NCBI GenBank assembly: GCA_963774265.1
Contig: CAVZDU010000003.1
Location: forward strand, 1-64,000
Source: an uncultured Chloroflexia bacterium
Lineage (GTDB): Bacteria; Chloroflexota; Anaerolineae; CG2-30-64-16
Length of the DNA stretch: 64,000 nucleotides
Direction: 5' to 3'
The translations under genes and the position numbers were made by a program. Positions 45,133 through 55,073 of this stretch are shown here, piece by piece (position 1 is the stretch's first letter; the number at the start of each line of letters is the position of its first letter). A model generated the notes under the pieces. It saw only the letters and a list, made by a program, of their open reading frames with translations. It made no database searches and was not told where the DNA came from.

Positions 45133-47769
45133 TTATTTCTCGCTCAGCGAGGTTTCTCCGGTTTCCAGCGAATGGACCACCGTCAGCGTACGGCCCGCAT
45201 CGTCAGTGAACACCTTGCGCTCGACAACCGGCTGCAGCAAGAAGGCATCGACAACCGATGAGCGGGATGGATTGCTACCGGCAGATTCGAAGGTGAGCAG
45301 CGCGTCGCCCGCCGCATGGTGGAACGGGCGCGCCGTCAGGCGGTCGAGCCACAGGTAATCTCGATCGGGCGCGACCGATTCGGGCAGAAACCACGGGTCG
45401 AGCGATGGTGAGTCGGCGCTTTCAAACCAGACTCGCAGCGCGACGGCATCGGCGATGCCAGCATCGGCGATGCCAGCATCGGCTGCCCGAGGCTGGCCGC
45501 CGGCAGCCGACTGAGTGGCGGGTGACAGCGCCGTGACGAGCTTGAGCGGAGCCAGATTCGAGGCTGTGTCGGGGTCCTTGCCGGTGAAGTTCTGAAAGCC
45601 GCTGCCCCCGAAGCCGCGGCCCAGATCAAAGCCCAACACCTTGCCGTCTCCCACGTCGTCAACATACAGGCTCTTCCACGGGATGGCGGCCTCATAGTTG
45701 TAGCCGGAGGCGGTTTGCTTCCAAGCCATCTGTGCCTCTGCCAGGAAGCCTCCCCCTTTCCAGTTCCACACTTGCGGACCGTCGGGCGTTTGGGCAAGGG
45801 TGAATTTCTGGTCGACGCTCGATCCCTGGTGCTTCGTATCCAGATAGACCAACAGCGTGTCTCCCTTCCACACTTCTGCGCCCGTCATGATCTGGCGGTG
45901 GCCCGGCGCCTGGACGGCAGCGGCGATATAGAGGTTCTGGTCGTCCCACAGGAAATAGGCAACGAAACTGGCTGTCTCCGGGCCTTCCCACTGCGAGGCC
46001 CCGCGCAGGATATTCTCCTTGGTGTCGACCTTGACCGGGGCGGCGGCCTGCCACTCTGTAAGGTCGCCGTCGAGCTTGATGGGATCTTGCGTGCGCAGGG
46101 CTTCGGCCGACTTCCCAGGTTGAGGGGAGGCCTGGCGCAGATGCGCCACGTACAGGTAGTAGTCGGCCTCGGTCGGGAAGGTGACGGCGACCTGCACCTG
46201 AGCTCCAGCAGGCATGTCATAGTAGTGGCCGCCGGAAAAATCGGCCTCCCCCGTGGAATTGCGACGACCGTACTCAGGTGCGGGCTTGCCGGGCGCCGGC
46301 TGGCCATCCTCGGCCTCGATCAGCCGATAGGGGGTCTCGACAGAGTCTGGGCGGTAGCGCAGGTAACGGGACGCCACCGGGTCGTCCGCGACCTTCATCA
46401 AGGTGTACAGGGCCTCGATGGTCGATTCAGCGCCGGAGTTGCGATTAACGCGGAATTCGCTGGGCCCCTGGATGCCGTCGTAGCCCCGGCCGGTGGCCGG
46501 ATCGTACATAGCGACGCGCGCCATATTATTGCCGAAGAACCAGCCGGCTGCAAGCCCAGCGTACTGGAGATAGGTCTGATTGCCGGTCGCGACGGCAAGC
46601 GCCTGGAAGCAGGAGACCAGTGTTTGCTGGCCGTACGCGATTTGGCCGGCTCGCACCGGCGTCACGGCCATCTGGTTCAGGAAATCAGAAGCCAGGAGAT
46701 GGCCGTAGAAGATGTCGGCCTCGCGCCGGGCGGATTCGATCCAGGCGGGCTGCTCCAGGAGCAGGCCGGCGCTAGCGAGGGCATGGCACTGGTGGCTTCC
46801 CCAGGCATGCCACAGGGCAGTCGATGTGGCCGAACTAGGGTGAGCGGCAAAGGGGTAGTCGGCGGGACCTCCCAACTGGTATGCGGCGATGGCATCGCCC
46901 AGCGAGAGGAGGAGGCCCTTCGTGTGGTCGTTGGGCGCCACAGCCTGGTACTCGGCCAGGCCGAGCACGGCCAGCGCGCTCACGTCACTGCCTTCCCCGA
47001 GCAACCATCCCGGCACGCGCGTGCCGTGGAGCTCATTATACGTGCCGGGCGGCGAGAGCTTGCTCGCCAGGGCCTCCTCGCCCATCAGGTAGTGAGACTG
47101 CAGGAGGCCCGCATAGGTCGGATCGAGCTCCTTGAACACACGGTAGCCGGCGGCCAGCGCCCACTGGCCGCGCGCCGCCCACCATCCCCAGGACTTGTAG
47201 CTGGTGAGGCCGTCGCGATTGATCGTGCCCGCCCGGTCAAGCACGAAGTTGTAGTACTCGCCATCCTCCGCTTGCATGTAGACCGTGAAGTTGAGCAGGC
47301 GCCGGGCCTGCTCAAGGGCCAGCGAGTCTTTGGTGTGCTCGAAATAAGCGAGATAGACCAGGGCCGCACGCGCCACGTCGTCGAGCGCCGCGATTCCCTC
47401 GCCGGAGGCGTCAACCCAATCGTACTTGGGGGATTCCGAGTAGATATGAACGATCGCCATGTCCTGGCCGTTGATCTGCACGGGCTCGGTGAGGAAGTTC
47501 AGGTGAGCCAGGTTGATATCGCCCTGCCGCATGGCGGGGAGAGGCGTCACCGGCACCAAAGTCGCGCTCGGCCCGGCCGGCGCGCGGGTTGCGACCCCGG
47601 CAGCAGTCGTGGGCGCCGCCGCCTGGGCAGGTTCGGTGGTTCCGGTTTCGGGCGCGGCAGCCCCGCTCTGAGACGTCGCGGTCGGTTGCGTCGAGGAAGT
47701 GCCCGCGCAGCCGGCAAGGCCGAGCAGCACGACGACGAGCGCAAGGGACAGCAGACGTTGTGTACTCAT
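45133..47769 (-). CDS. Lipoprotein: six-hairpin glycosidase-like domain + CBM9/DOMON-like sugar-binding domain
   Basis: Lipobox LAGC, Pro/Thr linker, DDVARA...WWAARGQWAL...WFFGNN...DGI...NRNSGAESTIE, then IKLDGDLTEW...WDDQNLYIA...YEAAIPW. Confidence 0.7.
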   Translation of the reverse strand: MSTQRLLSLALVVVLLGLAGCAGTSSTQPTATSQSGAAAPETGTTEPAQAAAPTTAAGVATRAPAGPSATLVPVTPLPAMRQGDINLAHLNFLTEPVQINGQDMAIVHIYSESPKYDWVDASGEGIAALDDVARAALVYLAYFEHTKDSLALEQARRLLNFTVYMQAEDGEYYNFVLDRAGTINRDGLTSYKSWGWWAARGQWALAAGYRVFKELDPTYAGLLQSHYLMGEEALASKLSPPGTYNELHGTRVPGWLLGEGSDVSALAVLGLAEYQAVAPNDHTKGLLLSLGDAIAAYQLGGPADYPFAAHPSSATSTALWHAWGSHQCHALASAGLLLEQPAWIESARREADIFYGHLLASDFLNQMAVTPVRAGQIAYGQQTLVSCFQALAVATGNQTYLQYAGLAAGWFFGNNMARVAMYDPATGRGYDGIQGPSEFRVNRNSGAESTIEALYTLMKVADDPVASRYLRYRPDSVETPYRLIEAEDGQPAPGKPAPEYGRRNSTGEADFSGGHYYDMPAGAQVQVAVTFPTEADYYLYVAHLRQASPQPGKSAEALRTQDPIKLDGDLTEWQAAAPVKVDTKENILRGASQWEGPETASFVAYFLWDDQNLYIAAAVQAPGHRQIMTGAEVWKGDTLLVYLDTKHQGSSVDQKFTLAQTPDGPQVWNWKGGGFLAEAQMAWKQTASGYNYEAAIPWKSLYVDDVGDGKVLGFDLGRGFGGSGFQNFTGKDPDTASNLAPLKLVTALSPATQSAAGGQPRAADAGIADAGIADAVALRVWFESADSPSLDPWFLPESVAPDRDYLWLDRLTARPFHHAAGDALLTFESAGSNPSRSSVVDAFLLQPVVERKVFTDDAGRTLTVVHSLETGETSLSEK

Positions 47770-47784
47770 GGCCCCCTCACAAGA

Positions 47785-48684
47785 CTACCCCTTCACTGCC
47801 CCCACGGTCAGCCCTTCGATGAAGTAGCGTTGGGCGATGAAGAACAGGGCCAGAATTGGGGCGGCCATGACGGTGGACATGGCCATCATGTAATGCCACT
47901 GTGGCGCCTCTTTGGAGAGTGACTGGCCGAAGAACTGGAGGCCCAGGATCATCGGATACTTTTCCATCGTGTTCAGGTAGATCAATGGGCCCTGGAAATT
48001 GTTCCAGTTGCCCTGGAAACTAAGCACCGCGATGGCTAGCAGCGCGGGCTTGACAAGGGGCAACATGATGGACCAGAAGATTCGGACAAGGTTGGCGCCG
48101 TCGATAACGGCCGCTTCCTCGATCTCGCGCGGGACAGTGAGAAAGAATTGGCGCAGCAGGAAGATGTAGGACGGACCCCAGGCAAACCAGGCGCCGACGG
48201 TCATCGGCGTGAAGGTGTCGATCCGGCCCACGGTCTTCCAGATGATGAAGACGGGAATGAGGGTCAGTATCCCCGGCAGCATCATGGTGGAGAGCACCAT
48301 GATGAACAGGGTGTTGCGAAACGGGAAGCGGAAACGGGCGAAGCCATAGGCGACCAGGGCTGCGGTAAACAGTTCGGCCAGCATGGCCAGGACGGTCATG
48401 AAGAGAGTGTTGAGCAGAAAACGACCGAAGGGCAGGGCGTTCCACGCTTCCACGTAATTTGACCAACGCACCGGGTTGGGAAGCCACTCGGGTGGATAGA
48501 CAAACAGCCGCTCCGGGCTCTTGAGAGAGGTCGATATCATCCAGGCGAAGGGAACGAGAACGATGAGCGCGCCGAGCGTAATCAGCACGTAGGTGATGCC
48601 CTGGGAGACGCGCTGGTTACCGGTGCGGCTGTGTAACCGCTTCATGATAGGGGCCGCCGGCGGGGCTTGTTCAAGTGTTGTCAT
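47785..48684 (-). CDS. Carbohydrate ABC permease
   Basis: [39 protein letters not shown]. Confidence 0.95.
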   Translation of the reverse strand: MTTLEQAPPAAPIMKRLHSRTGNQRVSQGITYVLITLGALIVLVPFAWMISTSLKSPERLFVYPPEWLPNPVRWSNYVEAWNALPFGRFLLNTLFMTVLAMLAELFTAALVAYGFARFRFPFRNTLFIMVLSTMMLPGILTLIPVFIIWKTVGRIDTFTPMTVGAWFAWGPSYIFLLRQFFLTVPREIEEAAVIDGANLVRIFWSIMLPLVKPALLAIAVLSFQGNWNNFQGPLIYLNTMEKYPMILGLQFFGQSLSKEAPQWHYMMAMSTVMAAPILALFFIAQRYFIEGLTVGAVKG

Positions 48685-48735
48685 GAATTCCTCCATCCGC
48701 AGGACACGATACGGCAGGTAAGCGGTACTTCGCCA

Positions 48736-49726
48736 TCATGCCCCCTTTTCCGATTCGTAATAAACCCACCCCGGTGAGGACTTGAAGACCAGCAAGGTGA
48801 AGAACAGGATGAGAATCATCATGATCCAGCCGAGGGCCGCCGCGTAGCCCATCTTGAACTGCGTGAAGGCCTGCTGGTACAGGTATACGTTCATGAAGAC
48901 GCCCGCGGAACGGGGCGTTTCGATGAAGAATGCTACGGTGAAGGTCTGCAACGAGCCGATAATGCCCATGATCAGGATGTAGAACAGGGTCGCGCTGAGC
49001 ATGGGGATGGTGACATTGAGGAAGCTGGCGACGCGTCCGGCGCCGTCGATCTCAGCCGCCTCGTACAGGTCGCGTGGTATGTTCTTCAGGCCGGCGAGCA
49101 AAATGATCGTGTTGGCGCCGAAGACGCCCCACAGACCCATGATAATGTAGGCCGGCAATACCAGGCGTTCATTCGGCGAACCATGCTGGATTAGGCTGAT
49201 TGGTCAACAACAGGAACGGCTTGAGCAACGAATTGATGAGCCCGGTCTGGGCGAACATCCAACGCCAGAGCAGGGCCGTGGCGGCGGCAGGCAGGACCGC
49301 CGGCAGGTAGTAGAGCGTGCGCCAGAGGCCCTGGGCACGGACCTTCTGGTTGAGCAAGGTGGCGGTCATGAGAGCGCCGATCAAGCCCAGCGGCACGTTG
49401 ATCACCGAGAAGAGCAGCGTGAAGCGTAAGGACGGCCAGAAGTTGGGGTCCTCGGTGAACATGAACTTGTAGTTGGCGAGTCCGGCGAACTTGGGCGCTT
49501 GGAGGACGTTATAGTCGGTCAGGCTGAGGTAGAAAGAGGCGATGTACGGACCCAGGTTCCAGATCAGGAAGCCCAGGAACCAGGGCAGGATCAAGGCATA
49601 GCCTGCCGCCGCCTCTCGTTTCACACCTAGCTTGCGCAGAAGCCAGTGAAGGCCGAACATGCTCAGAAGTATGGCCGCACCGACAACGATGTAGTCGACG
49701 AGGGTGGCTGTATACCATCGGATCAT
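48736..49726 (-). CDS. Carbohydrate ABC permease (apparent frameshift near 49165)
   Basis: [31 protein letters not shown]. Confidence 0.9.
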
Positions 49727-49756
49727 GGGATCGTGTACCCCCTTTTCGTTTCACCC

Positions 49757-49789
49757 GGTTACACGGGCGGCAGGGCCGCCCGTGTAACC
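49757..49789. other. Perfect 15-bp stem-loop between SBP and permease genes
   Basis: GGTTACACGGGCGGC-AGG-GCCGCCCGTGTAACC. Confidence 0.75.
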
Positions 49790-49807
49790 CAAAACCGACC
49801 GGCATGG

Positions 49808-51122
49808 TTACTTGGGCAGGACAGCCTCGAGCTTGACCCGGGCAGCCTTGGCCAGGTCCTCGGCGGTGCCCTTCTTATGGAAGAGCGGATCCTGGAACTG
49901 CTCCCAGAAGATGGTGTCCCATTCCTGATGCCTGGGAACGATGCGGAAGGCGCGCATGTCTGGCAATGCCTGCAGAATCACCGCGGCCGAATCCTTTTTG
50001 TCTGGCACGCTGGCGACGATGGTCTCGACGCCTGCCAGTGACTTGCGCGGCGCTACGATCTTCCAGTGATGAATGCCTTCGGTGAGGGCAACCAGGGCCT
50101 GGTAGGCCTGATCGGGGTTTTTAGTTTTGGAGTTGATGACCGTTGAGGCCGTCCAGGCGAAAGTGACGCGGCTCTTCGGCCCTTTGGGCACCAGGGCGAC
50201 CTTCAGCAGAGCGTTCTTCGCGTCCTTGGCGTGGGCGTAGTCGAGGTCATCGGCTGCGCCACCAAAGAACATGGCGATCTTGCCTGCCTTGGCCATCTCG
50301 CCGAAACCCTGCTCCTTGAGCGTTGCCTCGGACGGAGCATATGTTTCGTTGTAGATGATGTCGCCGTAGAACTTGGCCCCCTGGATTGCCTCAGGGCTGT
50401 CGATGGGCGAGGTCTTGAGATCTTCTGAGATAACCTCACCACCGGCTTGCCAGATGAACATGTGGATGGGCGGCCAGCCGTTGAACCCGGTGCCGTAGAT
50501 GCCCTTGGCCTTATCGGTCAGCTTGGCCGCGGCATCCTGGAATTTAGCCCAGTCCCAGGTGTCGTCAGGCTCGGCGATGCCCGCAGCCTTGAAGAGTTCA
50601 GGGTTATAGTAGAGGACAACCGGTTGGCTGACCCAGGGAAGGCCAAAGGTCTTGCCCTGGTACTGAGCGGAAGCCAGGATCGACGGGAAGTAGTCGTCAA
50701 GCTTGGCCGCGGGGCTGGCCGTATCGGCCTTGAGCTTCTCGGTAATGTCGAGCAGTGCACCCTTGTCCGCGTAGCCGGCGATGTACTCCTGCGAAAGCCA
50801 GAAGAGATCCGCAGCGGTGCCACCGGCCAGGGTAGTCTGAAGCTTTGTGTAGTAGTCGGCAGGGGCCGGCTCAGAGACGATCTCGAATGCCGTGGCCGTC
50901 TGGTTAACCTTGTCGATGACGGCCTGGAGTTCCTTGGCCTCTTCCACGCCGGCCCAGGTGGCCAGGCGGATCTTGACCTTGGCGGCTGCAGCCGGAGCGT
51001 GGCGCCGCAGCCGGCGCCGTGGTCGCACCGGCCGTGGTCGCGGGGGCGGCCGGCTGAGAACAACTGGCCGTCAGCACCAGGACGACGAGAAGCATGAGCG
51101 AAAACAATCGATTTGGACGCAT
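49808..51122 (-). CDS. Carbohydrate ABC substrate-binding lipoprotein (apparent frameshift near 51000)
   Basis: MRPNRLFS...LTASC lipobox; [28 protein letters not shown]. Confidence 0.9.
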
Positions 51123-51142
51123 AGCGGTTCTCCTTCTTATCG

Positions 51143-52066
51143 CTAACCTTCTAGCGCATAGGCCAGCAGGTCATTCAGCTTGCACGTAGCCAGGCCGATG
51201 ACGTGATCCGCCCCGCCGTAGTAGATGTAGACCTCGTCGCCTACCACTACGTTGGCACAGGAAAAGACCACATTCGGCACGTCTCCGCGCAGCTCCCATA
51301 ACTCCTCAGGCTCAAAAATCGGCTCTAGTGGCCGTCGCAGCACGCGGGTCGGGATCGTTCACATCCAGCAGACAGACACCGAAGCAATAGACGTGTTCGG
51401 CATCGTAGCCGTGGTTGATCACCAGCCAGCCTTGCGGTGTCTCGATGGGAGAGCCGTTGCTGCCCACGCTTTCGCAGTCCCACCAGTTGTCTGGTCGTGG
51501 GCCGTAGATCGATGCCATGTCCTCCTCATGCCAGGTCAGCAGGTCGTCGGAGTAGGCCAGCCAGACGTTCGGCCGGCGGCGGTGGAAAGCAGCGTAACGA
51601 TTGCGGATTTTGCGTGGGAACAGGACATGGTCTTTGTTGTCCTCGCCCCGCACGTAATCGGACCGAGGCGCTCCCAGGTGATCAGGTTGGTGCTGCGAGC
51701 GATCATCGGCAAGATTCCGCCGCCGCCGGCATGGGTCGGCTGGCTTGAACCTTCCGATTGGCCGTAGGCGGTGTAGCACATATAGAAGACACCGTCGAAC
51801 GCGGTCACGCGCGGGTCCTCTACCCCTCGGGAGTCGCTGCCGTCGTGCGGCTCGAGCACCGGCCGGCGCAGACGGTTCCAGTGCACGCCATCAGCGCTGA
51901 CCGCGTAGCCAATGCGGCTAATCCAATCCATACCTTGGGCGCGGTAGTGCATGTGAAACAGCCCGTTGTGGTGCACCACAGACGGGTTGAAGACGTTGAA
52001 GCACTCCCAATCAGAACTGGGATCGGGGCAAAGAATAGGGTTGATCGCGTGGCGTTGGAGCTTCAT
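51143..52066 (-). CDS. GH130 beta-mannoside phosphorylase, beta-1,2-type (two apparent frameshifts)
   Basis: [56 protein letters not shown]. Confidence 0.88.
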
Positions 52067-52075
52067 ATCAGATAG

Positions 52076-52232
52076 ATCTCCGCGGTTGATTCAAGATCGC
52101 TCTCACCGCAATCTATAGCATAGCAAAAGCAGGCGGGTCCGGCGTCAGCGCATCCGCTAGGTTTTGGGTAACAAAAGGGCCACCCCAGAGGATGGCCCCG
52201 CGACTTTTGTTGTACGATGTTCGGTATCGCTT
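52076..52232 (-). promoter_or_regulatory. Conserved intergenic element copy B
   Basis: Minus strand CGTACAACAAAAG..GGGCCATCCTCTGGGGTGGCCCTTTTGTT..CTAGCGGATGCGCTGACG..CTTTTGCTATGCT..AGCGATCTT..GCGGAGAT. Confidence 0.75.
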
Positions 52233-52267
52233 CACATTGTTGACTTCCTGCACCAGAGGCCGGGTCA

Positions 52268-52315
52268 AGAAGGAAGAGGGCTGCCATAGGAGTCTCACTC
52301 CCAAGCAGCGCCCTT
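52268..52315 (-). terminator. Probable terminator after small peptide gene
   Basis: Minus strand GGGCGCTGC..GGAG-TGAGA-CTCC..GCAGCCC followed by TCTTCCTTCTT. Confidence 0.5.
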
Positions 52316-52355
52316 ACCGCCCGAATGCCCCATCAGTGACCGGAAGGTCCGGCAG

Positions 52356-52520
52356 CTATTTCGTCTCAAGCAGGTCCAGCGGGTCCGGCAGACCCAAGAG
52401 GCTGCCGGCACGCACTTCCAGCGTGGCCTCGTAGATGACAGCCGGCGCTTCGTAGATCGCAGGCTGCTCGGCCGGCGTGAGCGGATGTTCTTCCATGCGC
52501 TGTAGGCTCGTGTTGTTCAT
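52356..52520 (-). CDS. 54-aa RiPP-precursor-like peptide (lasso/RRE-type YxxP leader)
   Basis: CAGGAGAG RBS; MNNTSLQRMEEHPLTPAEQPAIYEAPAVIYEATLEVRAGSLLGLPDPLDLLETK*; below the ORF-track length cut-off. Confidence 0.7.
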   Translation of the reverse strand: MNNTSLQRMEEHPLTPAEQPAIYEAPAVIYEATLEVRAGSLLGLPDPLDLLETK

Positions 52521-52566
52521 AACGCTCTCCTGTGATGAGTGATGGACGGGATGGTAGAAATGCGCA

Positions 52567-53451
52567 TCACTCGCTGTGCTCTTGCCGAGCTGATGGCAAA
52601 GCGCTTTGTGCGTCCAGGGCGCGCCGCCGTGTGACGATCAGCCCCAGAGCCAACATGAGCGCGGCGCCCGCACCCAGCCCGAGGGGAACATCGACCGCAG
52701 GGGTCGCCTCGAACTCCTGCATCGCGATCGCGTTCGGACCGAAGCATTTCGAGATGTTGTTGGTATCCATCGTCACGGCACCATTGCGCGCCAGGGCTGC
52801 ACCGAACATGGTGGCACTGGTATTCAGCGTGATGCTCGTGAGCGCGAGAATATTCCCGACGAACGTAGTGCCTGTACCGAGAGTCGCAGAGCTGCCGACC
52901 TGCCAAAACACATTGCAGGATTTACCGGGGCTGATCACGGTTACCGACGAACCGGATGCGGTCGTGAGCTCGCTCCCGATCTGGAAAACCCAGACCGCAG
53001 CGGGGTTATTCTGGGCGTCGAGCGTGAGGTTTCCCGTCAACTGTGCCGACGAGGCAAAACAATAGACGCCTGGAATGAGGGTGAGTTCACCCAGATCCGT
53101 ACCAGTCAGGGTGAAATCGCACGCCTGGCCTGCTAGAGCATTGTACGCAGTGGTGACATCACTCTGGGCCCCCGGCGCGATCCCAACACCTGGGTATATC
53201 GTTCCAGTCACGGTGCCCGGCGGAAAGCCAGTGATCGAGGTGCCAGGCGAGACACCCAGGTCTCCGTTGACGACGGAGGCCCCGGCATTGGTCACCGTCG
53301 ATCCACCCAGTACTGCGAAGGACGTCGCGGTTCCGAGGCCTGGCGCGGTAGCCAGCGGGGCTGCGGACGCAGTGGAAAAGGGGCTGCCTGCTGCAGGCAG
53401 AAGCGCGGCACAAACCAACAGAACCGCTATCAAACGTATGGGCTTGGACAT
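52567..53451 (-). CDS. Ice-binding family protein (DUF3494) with C-terminal sorting-like motif and TM anchor
   Basis: Signal peptide, LGTATSFAVLGGSTVTN, AQSDVTTAYNAL, LIPGVY, WVFQIGS, NVFWQVGSSATLG, GNILALTSI; tail NAIAMQEFEA-TM-RRR. Confidence 0.92.
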   Translation of the reverse strand: MSKPIRLIAVLLVCAALLPAAGSPFSTASAAPLATAPGLGTATSFAVLGGSTVTNAGASVVNGDLGVSPGTSITGFPPGTVTGTIYPGVGIAPGAQSDVTTAYNALAGQACDFTLTGTDLGELTLIPGVYCFASSAQLTGNLTLDAQNNPAAVWVFQIGSELTTASGSSVTVISPGKSCNVFWQVGSSATLGTGTTFVGNILALTSITLNTSATMFGAALARNGAVTMDTNNISKCFGPNAIAMQEFEATPAVDVPLGLGAGAALMLALGLIVTRRRALDAQSALPSARQEHSE

Positions 53452-53514
53452 GGCTGCTACCTCCTAAGGTGAAGAGAACGACGGAGCGACAAGTTTGGCA
53501 TCATTCTTTATTTC

Positions 53515-53543
53515 AGTATACTATAGAATTGATGCAAAGTCAA
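53515..53543 (-). promoter_or_regulatory. Promoter of ice-binding protein/peptide unit
   Basis: Minus strand TTGACT-N17-TATACT in an AT-rich patch. Confidence 0.7.
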
Positions 53544-53626
53544 TAGACATAACGACAAAAAAGTTGCCGACCTTCTATGATAAGGGCAGAAGCTACGTGG
53601 TGCCAGAAGGCCAGGCTTCACACGGT

Positions 53627-53770
53627 TCACTCATTCGTCCAACGTGCGACACGGATCAGGTAAGAGCGTAGGCCCTTGGCGTTGATCTCGGAGCTGACGG
53701 AACGATCCAGCACCGGTAGCAGCACCAAAGCGAGGAATGCCAGAATGGCAATGACGAGTGGAATATGCAT
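53627..53770 (-). CDS. 47-aa single-TM hypothetical protein
   Basis: CAGGAG RBS; MHIPLVIAILAFLALVLLPVLDRSVSSEINAKGLRSYLIRVARWTNE*. Confidence 0.5.
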   Translation of the reverse strand: MHIPLVIAILAFLALVLLPVLDRSVSSEINAKGLRSYLIRVARWTNE

Positions 53771-53884
53771 GGTAGTGCTCCTGTCTTGCGACTATCGTCT
53801 TGAATCATAGCGAAGGCGAGATCCGAATGTAGAGCTCGGTGCTCCCAGGCTCACCACGGTGGGTCGGCCTGGAAGACCTTTTCC

Positions 53885-54155
53885 TCAGCCTGCTTTCGTC
53901 ACGTCGTGCGTGATCTGGCGGGCTTTGTCGCGAGCCTGCGCCACCGCGTCTTCCACGGTTTCGGCCGTCTGCTCGCGCAGTTTCGGCTTTGCCGTTGGAG
54001 CTTGGCCCGTGTCTTTTTCCCCGATTGCGGCGCCAACAACAACATGGCCACCGCGCCCGCCAGGCCGCCGATCAGTACATGCCGACCAGCAGGCCGGCCC
54101 AAGAGTCCCCCGACTCATGCGCGTCGTTCTCGTGTTCGTAGTTGTGGTTGACCAT
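53885..54155 (-). CDS. YtxH domain protein (apparent frameshifts)
   Basis: LIGGLAGAVAMLLLAPQSGKKTRAKL, then helical LREQTAETVEDAVAQAR. Confidence 0.75.
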
Positions 54156-54194
54156 TCTGACTTCTCCTGAATGAGGGTTGCGCGTCTTGCCTCG

Positions 54195-54759
54195 GTTCCT
54201 TGCCGCGCGACAGCGTAACGCCGGTCTCGGCTCAAGCGGCCGAGCGTTCCCGACCTCTGCCATCTCCTCCGACCGCATCACCGCGTCGGCGGCGACAACG
54301 ATCACGTCTTCGCCGATGGTGAGCACCTTATCGCCGGCGATCATCAGAGATGTCGCCCACGACGTTCATGCCTGGGGGAACGGACAGGGAGGTCAGGGCG
54401 AACGTATCTGGGTCGAATTCGTAATCACGCACCTCGCCCAAGCGCTCCCCGTTCTCGGTGATCACTTTGTTGCCGATGAGCCCACGCTTGGCTTTGACCA
54501 GGGCGACGGCTTCGGGCGCGTCGGCAGGAGAGCGAACGTCGGCTTCCGCATTGATCGTGACGGCATCCTCACCCACGCCATGCACCGCCTCGGCCGACAC
54601 CCACAGCCGCTCGCCACCCAGCATCCCTCCGCTGTGCAGGCGCAGCCAGCTCACCGCCTTGCGCTCAGGGTCGACGACCAGGTCGTCAACCTTGCCGACT
54701 TGTTTGCCCTCCGCCATCGTGATGACGGGCAAACCCTTCACGAATTCGTAGCGCGCCAT
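54195..54759 (-). CDS. Tandem PRC-barrel domain protein (apparent frameshift; 3' end approximate)
   Basis: GLPVITMAEGKQVGKVDDLVVD, GVGEDAV, GNKVITENGERLGEVRDYEFD, TIGEDVIVV. Confidence 0.85.
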
Positions 54760-54886
54760 GTTATTGCCTCCTCAACTCCGCCGACAACTCCCGCACAATG
54801 CAGGTCATCACCCAGGATGCCTACCGGCTTTGCGATCATCCGCGCTAAGTCCCGTCGATGAGCACGATCTCGGGAACCGGCTCTCG

Positions 54887-55045
54887 CTAGATCACATGAA
54901 GCAAGGTCAAGATGATCAGAATCACAGCGATGACGAGCAGCGTATGGACGACGTTGCCCGTCCGTGGGATGCTGGAGCTGAGCCTCGGCCCGAAAAATCC
55001 AAGCAGCCATAGCACAATCAGGATCACGATGATGGTTGTAAGCAT
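54887..55045 (-). CDS. 52-aa lmo0937/DUF5670-like small membrane protein
   Basis: MLTTIIVILIVLWLLGFFG...GNVVHTLLVIAVILII; AGGAG RBS. Confidence 0.8.
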   Translation of the reverse strand: MLTTIIVILIVLWLLGFFGPRLSSSIPRTGNVVHTLLVIAVILIILTLLHVI

Positions 55046-55073
55046 GAGAATTCTCCTTTGTTGCTATAGGTGT

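Noticed and set aside
45446-45483. 15-bp tandem duplication encoding ADAGI-ADAGI
   Set aside because: Short in-frame slippage in a linker; no sign of wider significance.
45715-47922. Long antisense ORFs (e.g. 735 aa here, 599 aa at 25845-27644, 434 aa at 20964-22268)
   Set aside because: Shadow ORFs opposite well-supported genes, expected at high GC; no recognisable motifs.
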